This document shows positions 38,753-48,596 of a stretch of 64,000 bases of DNA, one piece after another; the first letter of the stretch is position 1, and every line of letters begins with the position of its first letter. Origin of the DNA: Candidatus Omnitrophota bacterium (GTDB taxonomy: Bacteria; Omnitrophota; Gorgyraeia; DTHP01). The stretch is from NCBI GenBank assembly GCA_023819145.1, contig JAMWCW010000005.1, positions 22,566-86,565 of the forward strand. Direction: 5' to 3'. Under the pieces are notes generated by a model. The model had not been told where the DNA came from, did no database searches, and saw only the letters and a program-made list of their open reading frames with translations. A program made the translations under genes and the position numbers.

Positions 38753-38944
38753 GTATTTATAGGATTTGATAGCCATCTTCGATTTTATAAAATAATCATT
38801 TTACTAAGAAATCAAAATAAAAAGTCATTTTTTAGTTTAGAGAAAAATAAATTCTCAACCCTTTTTTATCTTTTCCTTGCCATCTTTAACTCAATTCTGC
38901 TACAATAAAATATTTAATAATTAAACCCCCACATTTTTAAAGCC

Positions 38945-41590
38945 ATGTCTGAAAATTTTACCCCGATGATTAATCAGTATCTGGAGATAAAAAAGGATTA
39001 TCCCGATTCCATTCTTCTCTTTCGCTTGGGCGATTTCTATGAAATGTTTTTTGAAGATGCGAAAATCGCCTCAAGGGTTTTAAACATTACCCTAACTTCT
39101 CGTGAAGCAGGAAAAAATCGGCGTGTTCCGATGTGCGGAGTTCCTTACCATGCGGTAGATAATTATCTTTCCCGCCTTTTAAATGAAGGCTTTAAAGCGG
39201 TGATTGTAGAACAGGTTGAAGACCCAAAATTAGCCAAAGGAATTGTAAAGAGAGAAGTGGTACGAGTTGTTACTCCCGGTACTTTGACTACCGATAACCT
39301 TTTAAGGAGTAGCTTTAATAATTATATTGTCGCCTTGAATAAAAAAGAAAATCTCTTTGGTTTAGCAATTGCCGACATTTCTACCGGAGAATTTAGAATT
39401 ACTGAAGTTGACGCCATAGAAAGATTCTTGGCCGAGATTTTTCGGCTTGAGCCCAAAGAAGTGCTTGTTCCCCACGCTTTCAAGGGAGATGAATCCTTTC
39501 AGAAAAGTTTTTTATCGGTTTTGCCTAAGTCAATTACTTATTATGAAGATTGGCTTTTTTCTTATGAAACCGCATATAATTTTCTTATTCGCCATTTTAA
39601 TGTCGAGAGTCTTTTAGGTTTTGGTTGCGATGGTTTAGAAGTAGCCATTGGTTGTGCAGGGGCGCTTATCAAATATTTGGAAGAAACCCAAAAGTCCTCT
39701 CCCCGCCATATAAATCGTTTAAGTTTCTATTCAATCTCCGATTACATGCTTTTAGACTATGCTACGCAGAGAAATTTGGAACTGGTTAAAAACCTTTCTG
39801 AAGGAGCAAAAGAAAATACTTTATTTTATATTTTGGACAGGACTTTAACGCCCATGGGAAAACGACTTCTTTCCCAATGGCTCCTTCAGCCTCTAAAAGA
39901 TACCAAAGTCATAAATAGGCGTCTCGATGCGGTGGATGAATTTTGTAAAAATAGTTCTTTGCGCCATAGCTTAAGGGAAAAATTAGAGCATATTCAGGAT
40001 TTAGAACGTTTTGCCTCGCGTATCAGTTTGAAAATTACTTCTCCAAAAGATTTGGTTTCTTTAGCCAATTCCCTAAAAGTGGTAAAAGAGATAAAGAGAG
40101 AAATAAGTCAAGTAAACTCTTCTATTTTAAAAGAGATTCAAGAGAGACTGGATTGTATAGAGGAGGTGATTAATTTAATTGAAAGAGCGATTGTAGATGA
40201 GCCACCACACTCTTTGAGGGAGGGCGGGATAATCAAAGGTGGTTTTAATAAAGAACTCGACGAGTTGCGAGAAGTATTAAGGGGAGGAAAATCTTGGATT
40301 GCAGACCTGCAAAAGAGAGAAATCCAACGCACAGGAATTAACTCTTTGAAGGTAGGGTTTAATAAGGTCTTTGGTTATTATATTGAAGTAACTAAGCCCA
40401 ATCTTAAATTTGTCCCTTCCGATTATATCCGCAAACAAACCTTGGTTAATTGTGAACGTTTTATTACTCCCGAATTGAAAGAGTATGAGGCAAAAATTTT
40501 AAATGCCGAAGAAGAAATAGATATTCTGGAATACAGAATTTTTACGGATATTCTGGACAAGCTTTCTCAATTTGTCCCCAAGATTCAAGAGGCCGCGAGG
40601 AATATTTCTCTCTTAGACTGTTTTTCTTCTCTGGCAGAGGTTGCTTTACGGAATCATTATAATCGGCCTGAGGTTAACGATGGTTATGAAATATACATTG
40701 AAGAAGGAAGACATCCCGTAATTGAGATAAATCTGGGGACGAATAAGTTTGTTCCCAATGATACTTTGTTGGATAGCGAAGATAATCGGTTTTTGATCAT
40801 TACCGGTCCGAATATGGCGGGAAAGTCTACTTACATTCGTCAGGTTGCTTTAATTGTTCTACTGGCACAGATAGGGTTTTTTGTTCCGGCAAAGAAAGCA
40901 AAAATTGGAGTCGTAGACCGAATATTTACCCGCATCGGAGCACATGATGTTTTAGCCAAAGGATTAAGTACGTTTATGCTGGAAATGATAGAAACCGCGA
41001 ATATTTTAAACAATGCTACGGACAGAAGTTTAGTTATCTTGGATGAAGTAGGTCGGGGAACATCTACTTTGGACGGCCTTTCTATCGCCTGGGCAATATG
41101 CGAATTTATCCATAATTATTTAAAAGCGCGAACCCTTTTTGCAACGCACTATCATGAATTGACTGAGCTTTCCTTAACATTAAAAGGAGTCAAAAATTAT
41201 AATATTTCTGTTAAGGAGTGGGAGGATGAGGTTATCTTTTTATACAAGTTGGTGGAAGGAGGTTGTGATAAAAGTTTTGGGATTCATGTGGCACGTTTAG
41301 CAGGGGTCCCTCAGGAAGTAATTAGAAGAGCTAAAGAGATTTTAAGCAACTTAGAGATAAATTCCCTTGGGAAAGATAGCCTTCCTAAGTTAGCAAAATC
41401 AGAAATTGAGAAATTAAAGGAGAAACAACTTGATTTATTTGGCAATCTTTCACCCTCTTTAATCGATGAGTTAAAGCAAATCGACTTAGATAAAATTACC
41501 CCCTTAGAGGCAATGTTAAAGCTTAAAGATTTGCAGAGAAGAATTGAAAATCAAAAGAACAAATATCAAAACGACACATCAAAGGTCTAA
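38945..41590 (+). CDS. mutS: DNA mismatch repair protein MutS
   Basis: TPM..QY, FRLGDFYEMF, ITGPNMAGKST, DEVGRGTST, FATHYHEL, SFGIHVA. Confidence 0.99.
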   Translation: MSENFTPMINQYLEIKKDYPDSILLFRLGDFYEMFFEDAKIASRVLNITLTSREAGKNRRVPMCGVPYHAVDNYLSRLLNEGFKAVIVEQVEDPKLAKGIVKREVVRVVTPGTLTTDNLLRSSFNNYIVALNKKENLFGLAIADISTGEFRITEVDAIERFLAEIFRLEPKEVLVPHAFKGDESFQKSFLSVLPKSITYYEDWLFSYETAYNFLIRHFNVESLLGFGCDGLEVAIGCAGALIKYLEETQKSSPRHINRLSFYSISDYMLLDYATQRNLELVKNLSEGAKENTLFYILDRTLTPMGKRLLSQWLLQPLKDTKVINRRLDAVDEFCKNSSLRHSLREKLEHIQDLERFASRISLKITSPKDLVSLANSLKVVKEIKREISQVNSSILKEIQERLDCIEEVINLIERAIVDEPPHSLREGGIIKGGFNKELDELREVLRGGKSWIADLQKREIQRTGINSLKVGFNKVFGYYIEVTKPNLKFVPSDYIRKQTLVNCERFITPELKEYEAKILNAEEEIDILEYRIFTDILDKLSQFVPKIQEAARNISLLDCFSSLAEVALRNHYNRPEVNDGYEIYIEEGRHPVIEINLGTNKFVPNDTLLDSEDNRFLIITGPNMAGKSTYIRQVALIVLLAQIGFFVPAKKAKIGVVDRIFTRIGAHDVLAKGLSTFMLEMIETANILNNATDRSLVILDEVGRGTSTLDGLSIAWAICEFIHNYLKARTLFATHYHELTELSLTLKGVKNYNISVKEWEDEVIFLYKLVEGGCDKSFGIHVARLAGVPQEVIRRAKEILSNLEINSLGKDSLPKLAKSEIEKLKEKQLDLFGNLSPSLIDELKQIDLDKITPLEAMLKLKDLQRRIENQKNKYQNDTSKV

Positions 41591-41599
41591 ATTTATTAT

Positions 41600-43282
41600 A
41601 TGCATAAAAAAATAGTTATTCTTCCTCAAGAAGTTGTCAATAAAATTGCTGCCGGAGAAGTGGTAGAAAGGCCGGCATCAGTTGTGAAAGAACTGGTAGA
41701 AAATTCTTTAGATGCAGAAGCAAGCCTCATTGAGGTAGAAATAAAAGAGGCAGGAAAAAAGTTCATTAGAGTTACGGATAATGGGATAGGAATGAGTCGC
41801 CAAGATGCTTTACTCTGCACAAAGTCTCACGCTACCAGTAAAATTTCCTCCATTGAGGATTTGGAAAGAATCTTTACTCTTGGCTTTCGGGGGGAAGCCC
41901 TTTCTTCCATTGCCAGCGTTTCCTTAATGCGCGTAGTTACAAAAAATGAAGAAGAAGATTTAGGGATAGAATTAGAGATTGAGGGTGGAGAGATTAAGGC
42001 CAAAAGAGAAGTAAGTGTTAGAAGGGGGACGAGCATAGCAGTAAGGAACCTTTTTTATAACACCCCTGCCCGTAAAAAATTCTTAAAATCATCTGCTACC
42101 GAATTAGCACATATCATTCATATCTTAGAACAGTTTGCTTTGGCTTATCCGGAGGTTAATTTTCGTTTAATCCATCAAGAAAAAGAACTGTTTAATTTTT
42201 TGCCTCAAGAGAGTTTAAAAGAGAGGATAAAAGAAGTTTTGGGTAAAGAATTAGCAGACAGTCTCTTGGAAGTAGAATTTAAGGATAAGGAGTTAGAAAT
42301 TACTGGTTTTGTGAGTAAACCAGAATTTTTTCGGTTTGACCGTTATGGACAATTTCTTTTTGTGAATAGAAGGGCGGTGACGAATAAATCTTTTTCTCAT
42401 GCGTTATCCAGCGTCTATCAGGAATTGCTTCCTAAGGAACGTTTTCCGGTGGCTATAATTTTCTTAGAAATAGCACCAAAGTTATTAGATGTCAATGTTC
42501 ATCCTACTAAAAGAGAAGTCCGTTTTCAAAATGAAGGGATAATCCATGATTCACTGGTTAAGGCAATAAAAGAGGCACTTACCAATAGTTCTCTAATCCT
42601 TGAGCTTAAAGAAAAATTCTACTCTTCATTTCAAGATAAGGCTGAAGAAATAATTCCTCCCTTAGTAAAAGAAAGTTTTTCTCCACGCGAGATAAATTTA
42701 GTTAGTTCCGATACTCCTTTTATCCATAAGTTACCCTTTTTACAGATTGCCAATCTTTATATAGTTATTTCCGATGATGAGGGAATTTTAATCATTGACC
42801 AACACGCTGCCAGCGAAAGGATTATTTTTGGTATTTTGTCAGAAAAGGAAAAGCCCATAGAGACGCAAAACCTTTTAATTCCCGAGATAATTGACTTAGC
42901 AGTGCGGGAAGCAGAGATTTTGAAAGAAAATCTGGATAAATTTAAAGAAATTGGTTTTGAAATTGAAGAATTCGGAAGGAATAGTTTTCAGGTTAGAAAA
43001 ATTCCTACAATTATTTCCCGTTCCCCACGAGAGCTGATTTTAGAAATCATCTCCGAAATTTATAAGGACGAGTCTAAAATTATGAAGCTTGAGAAAGAGA
43101 AATTGCTGAGTTTAATTGCCTGTCACTCCGCAGTTAGAAGAGGAGATGTTTTGGGAGAGTTGCAGATTTCTCGTTTGATACAGGATTTAAAAAGCACAAA
43201 ATTTCCTTGGACCTGTCCCCACGGAAGACCAACAATGATAAGATTAAACTGGGAGGAGTTACAGAGGATGTTCAAGAGATGA
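41600..43282 (+). CDS. mutL: DNA mismatch repair endonuclease MutL
   Basis: IAAGEVVERPASVVKELVENS, GFRGEAL, DQHAASER endonuclease motif, CPHGRP. Confidence 0.98.
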   Translation: MHKKIVILPQEVVNKIAAGEVVERPASVVKELVENSLDAEASLIEVEIKEAGKKFIRVTDNGIGMSRQDALLCTKSHATSKISSIEDLERIFTLGFRGEALSSIASVSLMRVVTKNEEEDLGIELEIEGGEIKAKREVSVRRGTSIAVRNLFYNTPARKKFLKSSATELAHIIHILEQFALAYPEVNFRLIHQEKELFNFLPQESLKERIKEVLGKELADSLLEVEFKDKELEITGFVSKPEFFRFDRYGQFLFVNRRAVTNKSFSHALSSVYQELLPKERFPVAIIFLEIAPKLLDVNVHPTKREVRFQNEGIIHDSLVKAIKEALTNSSLILELKEKFYSSFQDKAEEIIPPLVKESFSPREINLVSSDTPFIHKLPFLQIANLYIVISDDEGILIIDQHAASERIIFGILSEKEKPIETQNLLIPEIIDLAVREAEILKENLDKFKEIGFEIEEFGRNSFQVRKIPTIISRSPRELILEIISEIYKDESKIMKLEKEKLLSLIACHSAVRRGDVLGELQISRLIQDLKSTKFPWTCPHGRPTMIRLNWEELQRMFKR

Positions 43283-44001
43283 GCAATAAAATATCAAATA
43301 TAAAAAATCAAATATTAAGAGTAAAAATTCTCTTATTTCTTTACTTTTTGATTACTGCCTTCTGTTTTGTAAAGGAGGTGAATTCACAAATGAAAATAAA
43401 ACTGCCCAGACCAAGAATTGGGGGAGGGATGAGTTTGTCGGAGAATTTAAATAAAAGGAAATCTTGGCGAAGTTTTGATTCACGAGCTTTAAAATTGGAA
43501 GATGTCTCCCAGATTCTTTGGTCAGGAGGAGGGAAGAAAGTAGATGCAGTAACGGGAGCAACAAGGGTTTATCCCTCGGCAGGAGCCACTTATCCTTTAG
43601 AGCTTTATTTGGTGGTAGGGGAGAATGGAGTCGAAGGACTTGCTGAGGGAATTTATTTATATCTCTGGCAAGAACACAGCATAGAGAAAATTTTAGGAAG
43701 CGATGTGCGGAAAAATCTTGCAAATGCATGTTTGGGACAAAGTTTTATTGCTGAGGCACCTATTTCTGTGGTTGTTTTAGCTGAATATGAGAGAACCACT
43801 GCTCACTATGGAAAGAGAGGTGTTCAATATGTGCATCTGGAAGCAGGGAACATTACTCAAAATTTACATTTAGTAGCGGAGGAGTTGGACTTAGGAACAG
43901 TAATCGTCGGAGCTTTCTCGGATGCAGTGGTAAAAAAAGTTTTGGAGATTCCTAGGAATTTGGAACCTTTGGCAATAATGCCCATAGGATATAAGAAGTA
44001 A
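43279..44001 (+). CDS. SagB/ThcOx-family nitroreductase-like dehydrogenase
   Basis: R.S.RSF, PSAGATYPLELY, YGKRG.QY...EAG, LGTV.VGAF. Start is either ATG 43279 (ATGA overlap with mutL) or 43390 (after AAGGAGGTG). Confidence 0.9.
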   Translation: MSNKISNIKNQILRVKILLFLYFLITAFCFVKEVNSQMKIKLPRPRIGGGMSLSENLNKRKSWRSFDSRALKLEDVSQILWSGGGKKVDAVTGATRVYPSAGATYPLELYLVVGENGVEGLAEGIYLYLWQEHSIEKILGSDVRKNLANACLGQSFIAEAPISVVVLAEYERTTAHYGKRGVQYVHLEAGNITQNLHLVAEELDLGTVIVGAFSDAVVKKVLEIPRNLEPLAIMPIGYKK

Positions 44002-44022
44002 TGCAAGGAGGCAAATATCAGA

Positions 44023-44586
44023 ATGCAAAATAATGATTCAAAATTTAAAAAGGTAGAGATTCCTCTGAAACGGGCGAATCGCCTAATTAACCATGGACCA
44101 GTAGTTTTGGTTACTTCAAAATATAAAGATAAAACAAATATTGTTACCTTAGCTTGGACTACTCCTGTTTCCCACAATCCTCCGTTAGTGGCTATCTGTA
44201 TTCATCAAAATCACTTCTCCCACGGACTAATTAAGGAATCTAAGGAATTTGTAATTAATGTTCCCGATGAAGGTTTAATAGAAAAAGTTCATAGATGTGG
44301 GACAGTTTCTGGTAGGGAGATAGATAAATTTAAGGAATTTGGGCTTACTCCTCTTAAAGCAGAAAAGGTTGCTCCACCGTTAATAAAGGAATGTTTTGCC
44401 CATTTGGAATGCAGGGTTGTGGATATCTATTCTAGAGGGGACCATTCTATAATTTTAGGAGAAGTCCTTTGCGCTCAGATAAAAGAAGGTTTGTTTAAGG
44501 AAGTTTTAGATATTGAGCATATTAAAACCCTTCACCATTTGGGAGCAAATTTTTATACGACCACTGATGGGGTGAAGAAGGTATAG
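44023..44586 (+). CDS. Flavin reductase / flavoredoxin family protein
   Basis: PVVLVTS, N....AW, PPL, EFVINVP, CGTVSGR..DKF, P.IKEC..HLEC, GDH. Confidence 0.9.
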   Translation: MQNNDSKFKKVEIPLKRANRLINHGPVVLVTSKYKDKTNIVTLAWTTPVSHNPPLVAICIHQNHFSHGLIKESKEFVINVPDEGLIEKVHRCGTVSGREIDKFKEFGLTPLKAEKVAPPLIKECFAHLECRVVDIYSRGDHSIILGEVLCAQIKEGLFKEVLDIEHIKTLHHLGANFYTTTDGVKKV

Positions 44587-44597
44587 TTAGAAGTAAT

Positions 44598-46715
44598 TTA
44601 GGGAATTTCTCCAAAGTATAGCAGAAAGTATTCTTCAATTTCTTCTCGCAGACCAGGAAAACTTTCTGGTGATTTTTTTAAAGTTTGATAAGCTGAGGTT
44701 AATGCTTGACGAAACATTTCGTAAGCAATTGATTCTCGAAATTGCTCAAGAGGGATATCGGTGTTAATGACTACATCGGCATTTTCAAAAGTAGGATAGA
44801 GATATTTATCCTCACCCATCCGTACATATTTCCATTGTTCAATTGAACGCATTGTTCCCCAGGGAGTGGGCGAGCGAGTTTGCATATCTCTGGCGACTCG
44901 TCGTGGTAGCCTGATGTAGGGGGAAGCATCTATCGCCACCTTTACGGTGGGGAATATGCTTTCTTCAATAATGGGATTTCCTTTCTCATCTGTAAAAATC
45001 AAAGGATTTAGAGCATGTATCCCTTCGATTATGAGAATATCCCCCGGATTAAGTGTTATCTTTATCCCTGAATGAGGGATGCTTCTTCCGCTTTTAAAAT
45101 CAAAAATAGGAATTTCTACAGTTTCTCCAGCAAGTAAACGTGCCAAATCTTCTTGGAATTTTGCGATGTTAACTGCACGGGGATGTTCAAAATCTTTGGC
45201 TATTTCCTTGCCATTTTCATCAACAATACTCGGGGTGTCTTCGCGATCTACAAAATAGTTGTCCATATTGATTTTCCATACATTTGTTCTTCCCCGGGCG
45301 AGGAGATATTTTTCAACTATTTCTGCACCGGGAGATTTGCCGGCAGCGGAAACTCCGCCAATGCGAATTATTGCAACTTTATTTGGGTAACGCAGGATTT
45401 TTTCTTCAATTTTCTCCAGTGCAGGTTGATACATAGAATCTGAAAGTCCAAAAAGTTCGAATTCTGTTCTTTGTTCTTCTACTCTCGCTAATCTATACGC
45501 ATCATCCAGATGGTCATCCTTTGCCACAGCGATTTCGCCTTGGGTATTTATTAGGAGAGTAATTAAGCGCGCTTTTCTCAGGTCTTCAAGCATTCCTTTG
45601 GAGGCTTTATAGAAAGTGTCAAGAGCAATTTTATAAGTTCCTCTTTCATCTTGCATTATACGGAATCCTACGACTTCAAGGGTTTCAGGGTTATAGGCTA
45701 AATATCTTAGCGGTTCTTCACCAAAGCCAATATTTTTGCGCACAAAAGCATAGATTTCTATGCCACTTCCTGCTCTTAAAATTTCTCTTGCCCGTTCATC
45801 ATATTTTTTAACTGCTTGAGCAAATTCTTCTGTTTTCACAGTTAAGGGTTTTTCTTCAGGCATAAATATTTCGGGGAATAAGAGGTAATATTTTAAGGCA
45901 TGTTCTTCTAAGAATAGATAATCATTTCTTGAATAATCTCGCCAATTTACAATTGCCCGTTCTCTGACCGAAGGCGTTACATTTTGAGCAATTTTATATA
46001 AAGAAGTATGAGCAGGAATGGGAATAATATCTTGTTTTGCGCCTTCAATGAAATGGATTCTCCTTTCTTGACTTTCGCCTAAGCATCCATAAACCCAGCT
46101 CAATTGCCACCACAGCCTTATATTGTAAGGATACTTTTCAATCATTTCTTTGTATAACTTTTCTAATTCCTTGTATACCTCAAGAGAAGTAGGGTTATCC
46201 CTTTGTTGAGTCAACAATTCATTTTCCCATTCAAAATAGGATGGCTCGATTGCTTCCGTGGCAAATTGGGGCATTTCTCTCTGCTGATAGGTTATTACCA
46301 TTGTGCCATTTTGGTTGGTGCATTCTTTAAATTCATATTTCTGTAATGCTTCATATATTAAGAAGGTTAAATGATTTATCTGGTATTCTTCGGGGGTTAT
46401 CCTCCCTGTTTGAAACAGAAAATGTCTTGCTAATTTTCTAAAAGCAGGCTCACTAGGGGAGATACGGAGTTGTCTAAGCGCTTCAAAAGTTTCTGCGACT
46501 AAACTTGGTTCAATTCGAAAATTACTAAGACCAGATATCTCTCCAAGTATCTTTGTTAATAAATCTGCCCAAGGTTCTTTAATGGTAGCATCTTTGGGGG
46601 TTAAGATTCTTCTTGTGTTGAGTGATTCAGAAGATAGTGGTATGTATATTTGATTGAGGATAAATGTCAAAAAGATTATTATTACCAGCATTGTTTTAAA
46701 ACTTTTTTTATTCAT
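44598..46715 (-). CDS. Signal/TM-bearing protein with a C-terminal uridine kinase/phosphoribulokinase-like domain
   Basis: N-terminal KK plus hydrophobic stretch; GGVSAAGKS P-loop, MDNYFVDRE.TP, DFE.P, P.FDF..G, IIEGIHALNP, RRVARD..TR, W..VR.GE.KY.YP. Confidence 0.75.
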   Translation of the reverse strand: MNKKSFKTMLVIIIFLTFILNQIYIPLSSESLNTRRILTPKDATIKEPWADLLTKILGEISGLSNFRIEPSLVAETFEALRQLRISPSEPAFRKLARHFLFQTGRITPEEYQINHLTFLIYEALQKYEFKECTNQNGTMVITYQQREMPQFATEAIEPSYFEWENELLTQQRDNPTSLEVYKELEKLYKEMIEKYPYNIRLWWQLSWVYGCLGESQERRIHFIEGAKQDIIPIPAHTSLYKIAQNVTPSVRERAIVNWRDYSRNDYLFLEEHALKYYLLFPEIFMPEEKPLTVKTEEFAQAVKKYDERAREILRAGSGIEIYAFVRKNIGFGEEPLRYLAYNPETLEVVGFRIMQDERGTYKIALDTFYKASKGMLEDLRKARLITLLINTQGEIAVAKDDHLDDAYRLARVEEQRTEFELFGLSDSMYQPALEKIEEKILRYPNKVAIIRIGGVSAAGKSPGAEIVEKYLLARGRTNVWKINMDNYFVDREDTPSIVDENGKEIAKDFEHPRAVNIAKFQEDLARLLAGETVEIPIFDFKSGRSIPHSGIKITLNPGDILIIEGIHALNPLIFTDEKGNPIIEESIFPTVKVAIDASPYIRLPRRVARDMQTRSPTPWGTMRSIEQWKYVRMGEDKYLYPTFENADVVINTDIPLEQFRESIAYEMFRQALTSAYQTLKKSPESFPGLREEIEEYFLLYFGEIP

Positions 46716-46782
46716 TTTTCTATGAAATATATAGCATAAAATAGAGGTAGTGACAAGATGACTTTAAACTTTTTGGTAATTG

Positions 46783-46801
46783 TGGTATAGTATAAAAAAT
46801 G
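46783..46801 (+). promoter_or_regulatory. Extended -10 promoter positioned for a leaderless transcript
   Basis: TGG-TATAGT (46783-46791) ends 7 nt before ATG 46799; no SD sequence. Confidence 0.45.
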
Positions 46802-47581
46802 GCATTTATTGCGCTAATTACTGATTTTGGTAATAGAGATGAATATGTGGGATTGGTTAAGGGAGTGATTTTAGAGGTAAATCCACAAGCTCAAATTATT
46901 GACCTTTCTCACGAAATTCCTCCTCAGGATTTAATCTGGGCCTCCTTCCTTTTAGGGAACGCTTATAAATTTTTTCCCAGAAAGACAATTTTTCTTTGCG
47001 TAGTTGATCCGGAAGTAGGGACAGAAAGACGGACGATTATTGTGAAAACAAAAGACTATTTCTTCGTTTGTCCGGATAATGGCATCTTAACCAAGGTTTT
47101 AGAAAGAGAAAAAGTGGAGCAGATAGTCGAAATAAGAAATAAGAAGTTTTTCCTGAAAGAAATCAGTTCTACCTTTCATGGTCGGGACATTATGGCACCA
47201 GTGGCGGGATATCTTTCCAAAGGAGTGGCTTTAGAAAAATTCGGACCTAAGATTAAAAACATAAGAAGGATTAAATTACCAACGCCCATAATGAGAAAAG
47301 ATTGTATGATTGGAAAAGTTATTCATATTGACCATTTTGGTAATTTGGTTACCAACATAGAGAAAGAATCATTGAGAAACAAGGTTCAAGCCTCTTTTTC
47401 TATTGCAATCAAGGGAAGGAAAATTCATAAGATAAATAATGCTTATGCGGAATCGAATAAGAGAAGACTTCTTGCCATCTGGGGAAGCAGGAATTTATTG
47501 GAGATTTCTATAAATTTGGGGAATGCTGCTAAAAAATTGATGGCAGGAAAAGGAGAAAAGGTTATTATCTATTTTTATTAG
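46799..47581 (+). CDS. SAM hydroxide adenosyltransferase / chlorinase-fluorinase (DUF62) family protein
   Basis: IALITDFG, VVDPEVGT.R, PDNG, STFHGRDI.APVA, IDHFGN. Confidence 0.93.
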   Translation: MAFIALITDFGNRDEYVGLVKGVILEVNPQAQIIDLSHEIPPQDLIWASFLLGNAYKFFPRKTIFLCVVDPEVGTERRTIIVKTKDYFFVCPDNGILTKVLEREKVEQIVEIRNKKFFLKEISSTFHGRDIMAPVAGYLSKGVALEKFGPKIKNIRRIKLPTPIMRKDCMIGKVIHIDHFGNLVTNIEKESLRNKVQASFSIAIKGRKIHKINNAYAESNKRRLLAIWGSRNLLEISINLGNAAKKLMAGKGEKVIIYFY

Positions 47582-47585
47582 GCAT

Positions 47586-48461
47586 ATGGTGATTAAAATT
47601 TTTATTTTTTTGAAGTATTTTTTTATTATAAGCGTGGGTATTTTTGCTTTTACTTTCTCACTCCTTATCCGCAATACTCTTCTTTCCCGTTGGCATGATA
47701 ATACTTTACCTTCCGAGTATGGAATGCCTTTTGAAGAGATTAATTTTTATAGTAAAGATAAAATAATGCTTAAAGGATGGCTAATTTTAAACAATAAAGA
47801 TTCATCCACAATAATCTTATGTCACGGTTTAGGGACAAACAAATCAGAGCTCTTAAGTATTGCTAAATTTATTTATGATGCGGGCTTTAATATATTTCTG
47901 TTTGATTTTCGCGGACACGGAGAAAGCCAAGGTAAGGTTTGTTCTTTAGGTTATTTTGAGCAGAAGGATTTAGAAGGGGCAATGGACTATCTTTATCAAA
48001 GGTTTGAGCATAAAAACATTGGTGTTTTTGGTTTATCCTTAGGTGGAGCGGTGGCGATTATGGTGGCGTCCAAAGATGAGCGGATTAAGATAGTAGTTTC
48101 TGAAGGTGCTTATAAAGAACTATATTCCTCGATGCTTTATTTTGCAAAAGTTTTTTATTCTTTGCCTAAAATCCCCTTTAACATCTTCTTAAGAATAGCA
48201 TATTTTTTGCGCTTTGGAATTGACCCTCAAGATGTTTCTCCTCAAAAAGTAATTACCCACATTTCTCCTCGCCCAGTTTTTATTATCAACGGAGAAAAGG
48301 ATAAACAAATTCCTCCCCAAAACGCTTACACGCTCTTTGAAAGAGCACATGCACCCAAAGAAATTTGGATTATTCCTCAAGCAGACCACGGTGAGGGTTA
48401 TGGTTTATATCCGGAAGTATATTCCCAAAAAATAATTAATTTTTTGAAAAAAAACATATGA
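47586..48461 (+). CDS. Membrane-anchored alpha/beta hydrolase
   Basis: N-terminal TM, CHG, FDFRGHGES, GLSLGG nucleophile elbow, GEKD, ADHG. Confidence 0.92.
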   Translation: MVIKIFIFLKYFFIISVGIFAFTFSLLIRNTLLSRWHDNTLPSEYGMPFEEINFYSKDKIMLKGWLILNNKDSSTIILCHGLGTNKSELLSIAKFIYDAGFNIFLFDFRGHGESQGKVCSLGYFEQKDLEGAMDYLYQRFEHKNIGVFGLSLGGAVAIMVASKDERIKIVVSEGAYKELYSSMLYFAKVFYSLPKIPFNIFLRIAYFLRFGIDPQDVSPQKVITHISPRPVFIINGEKDKQIPPQNAYTLFERAHAPKEIWIIPQADHGEGYGLYPEVYSQKIINFLKKNI

Positions 48462-48596
48462 TTGAAACTCTCGGAGATTATTTTAAAGACGCAGTTTGGA
48501 ATTTACAGGCTACGTTCAGAGTTAATTAATTGTTTTTGCATAAATTTTTGGCGCAGAGGATAATGTTATAAAAACTATATTTAGGGAAGAATTTAG

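Noticed and set aside
28237-38944. Integrative element or prophage at tRNA-Asp
   Set aside because: No integrase or phage genes, and I could not find a duplicated tRNA 3' end; treated only as a variable region.
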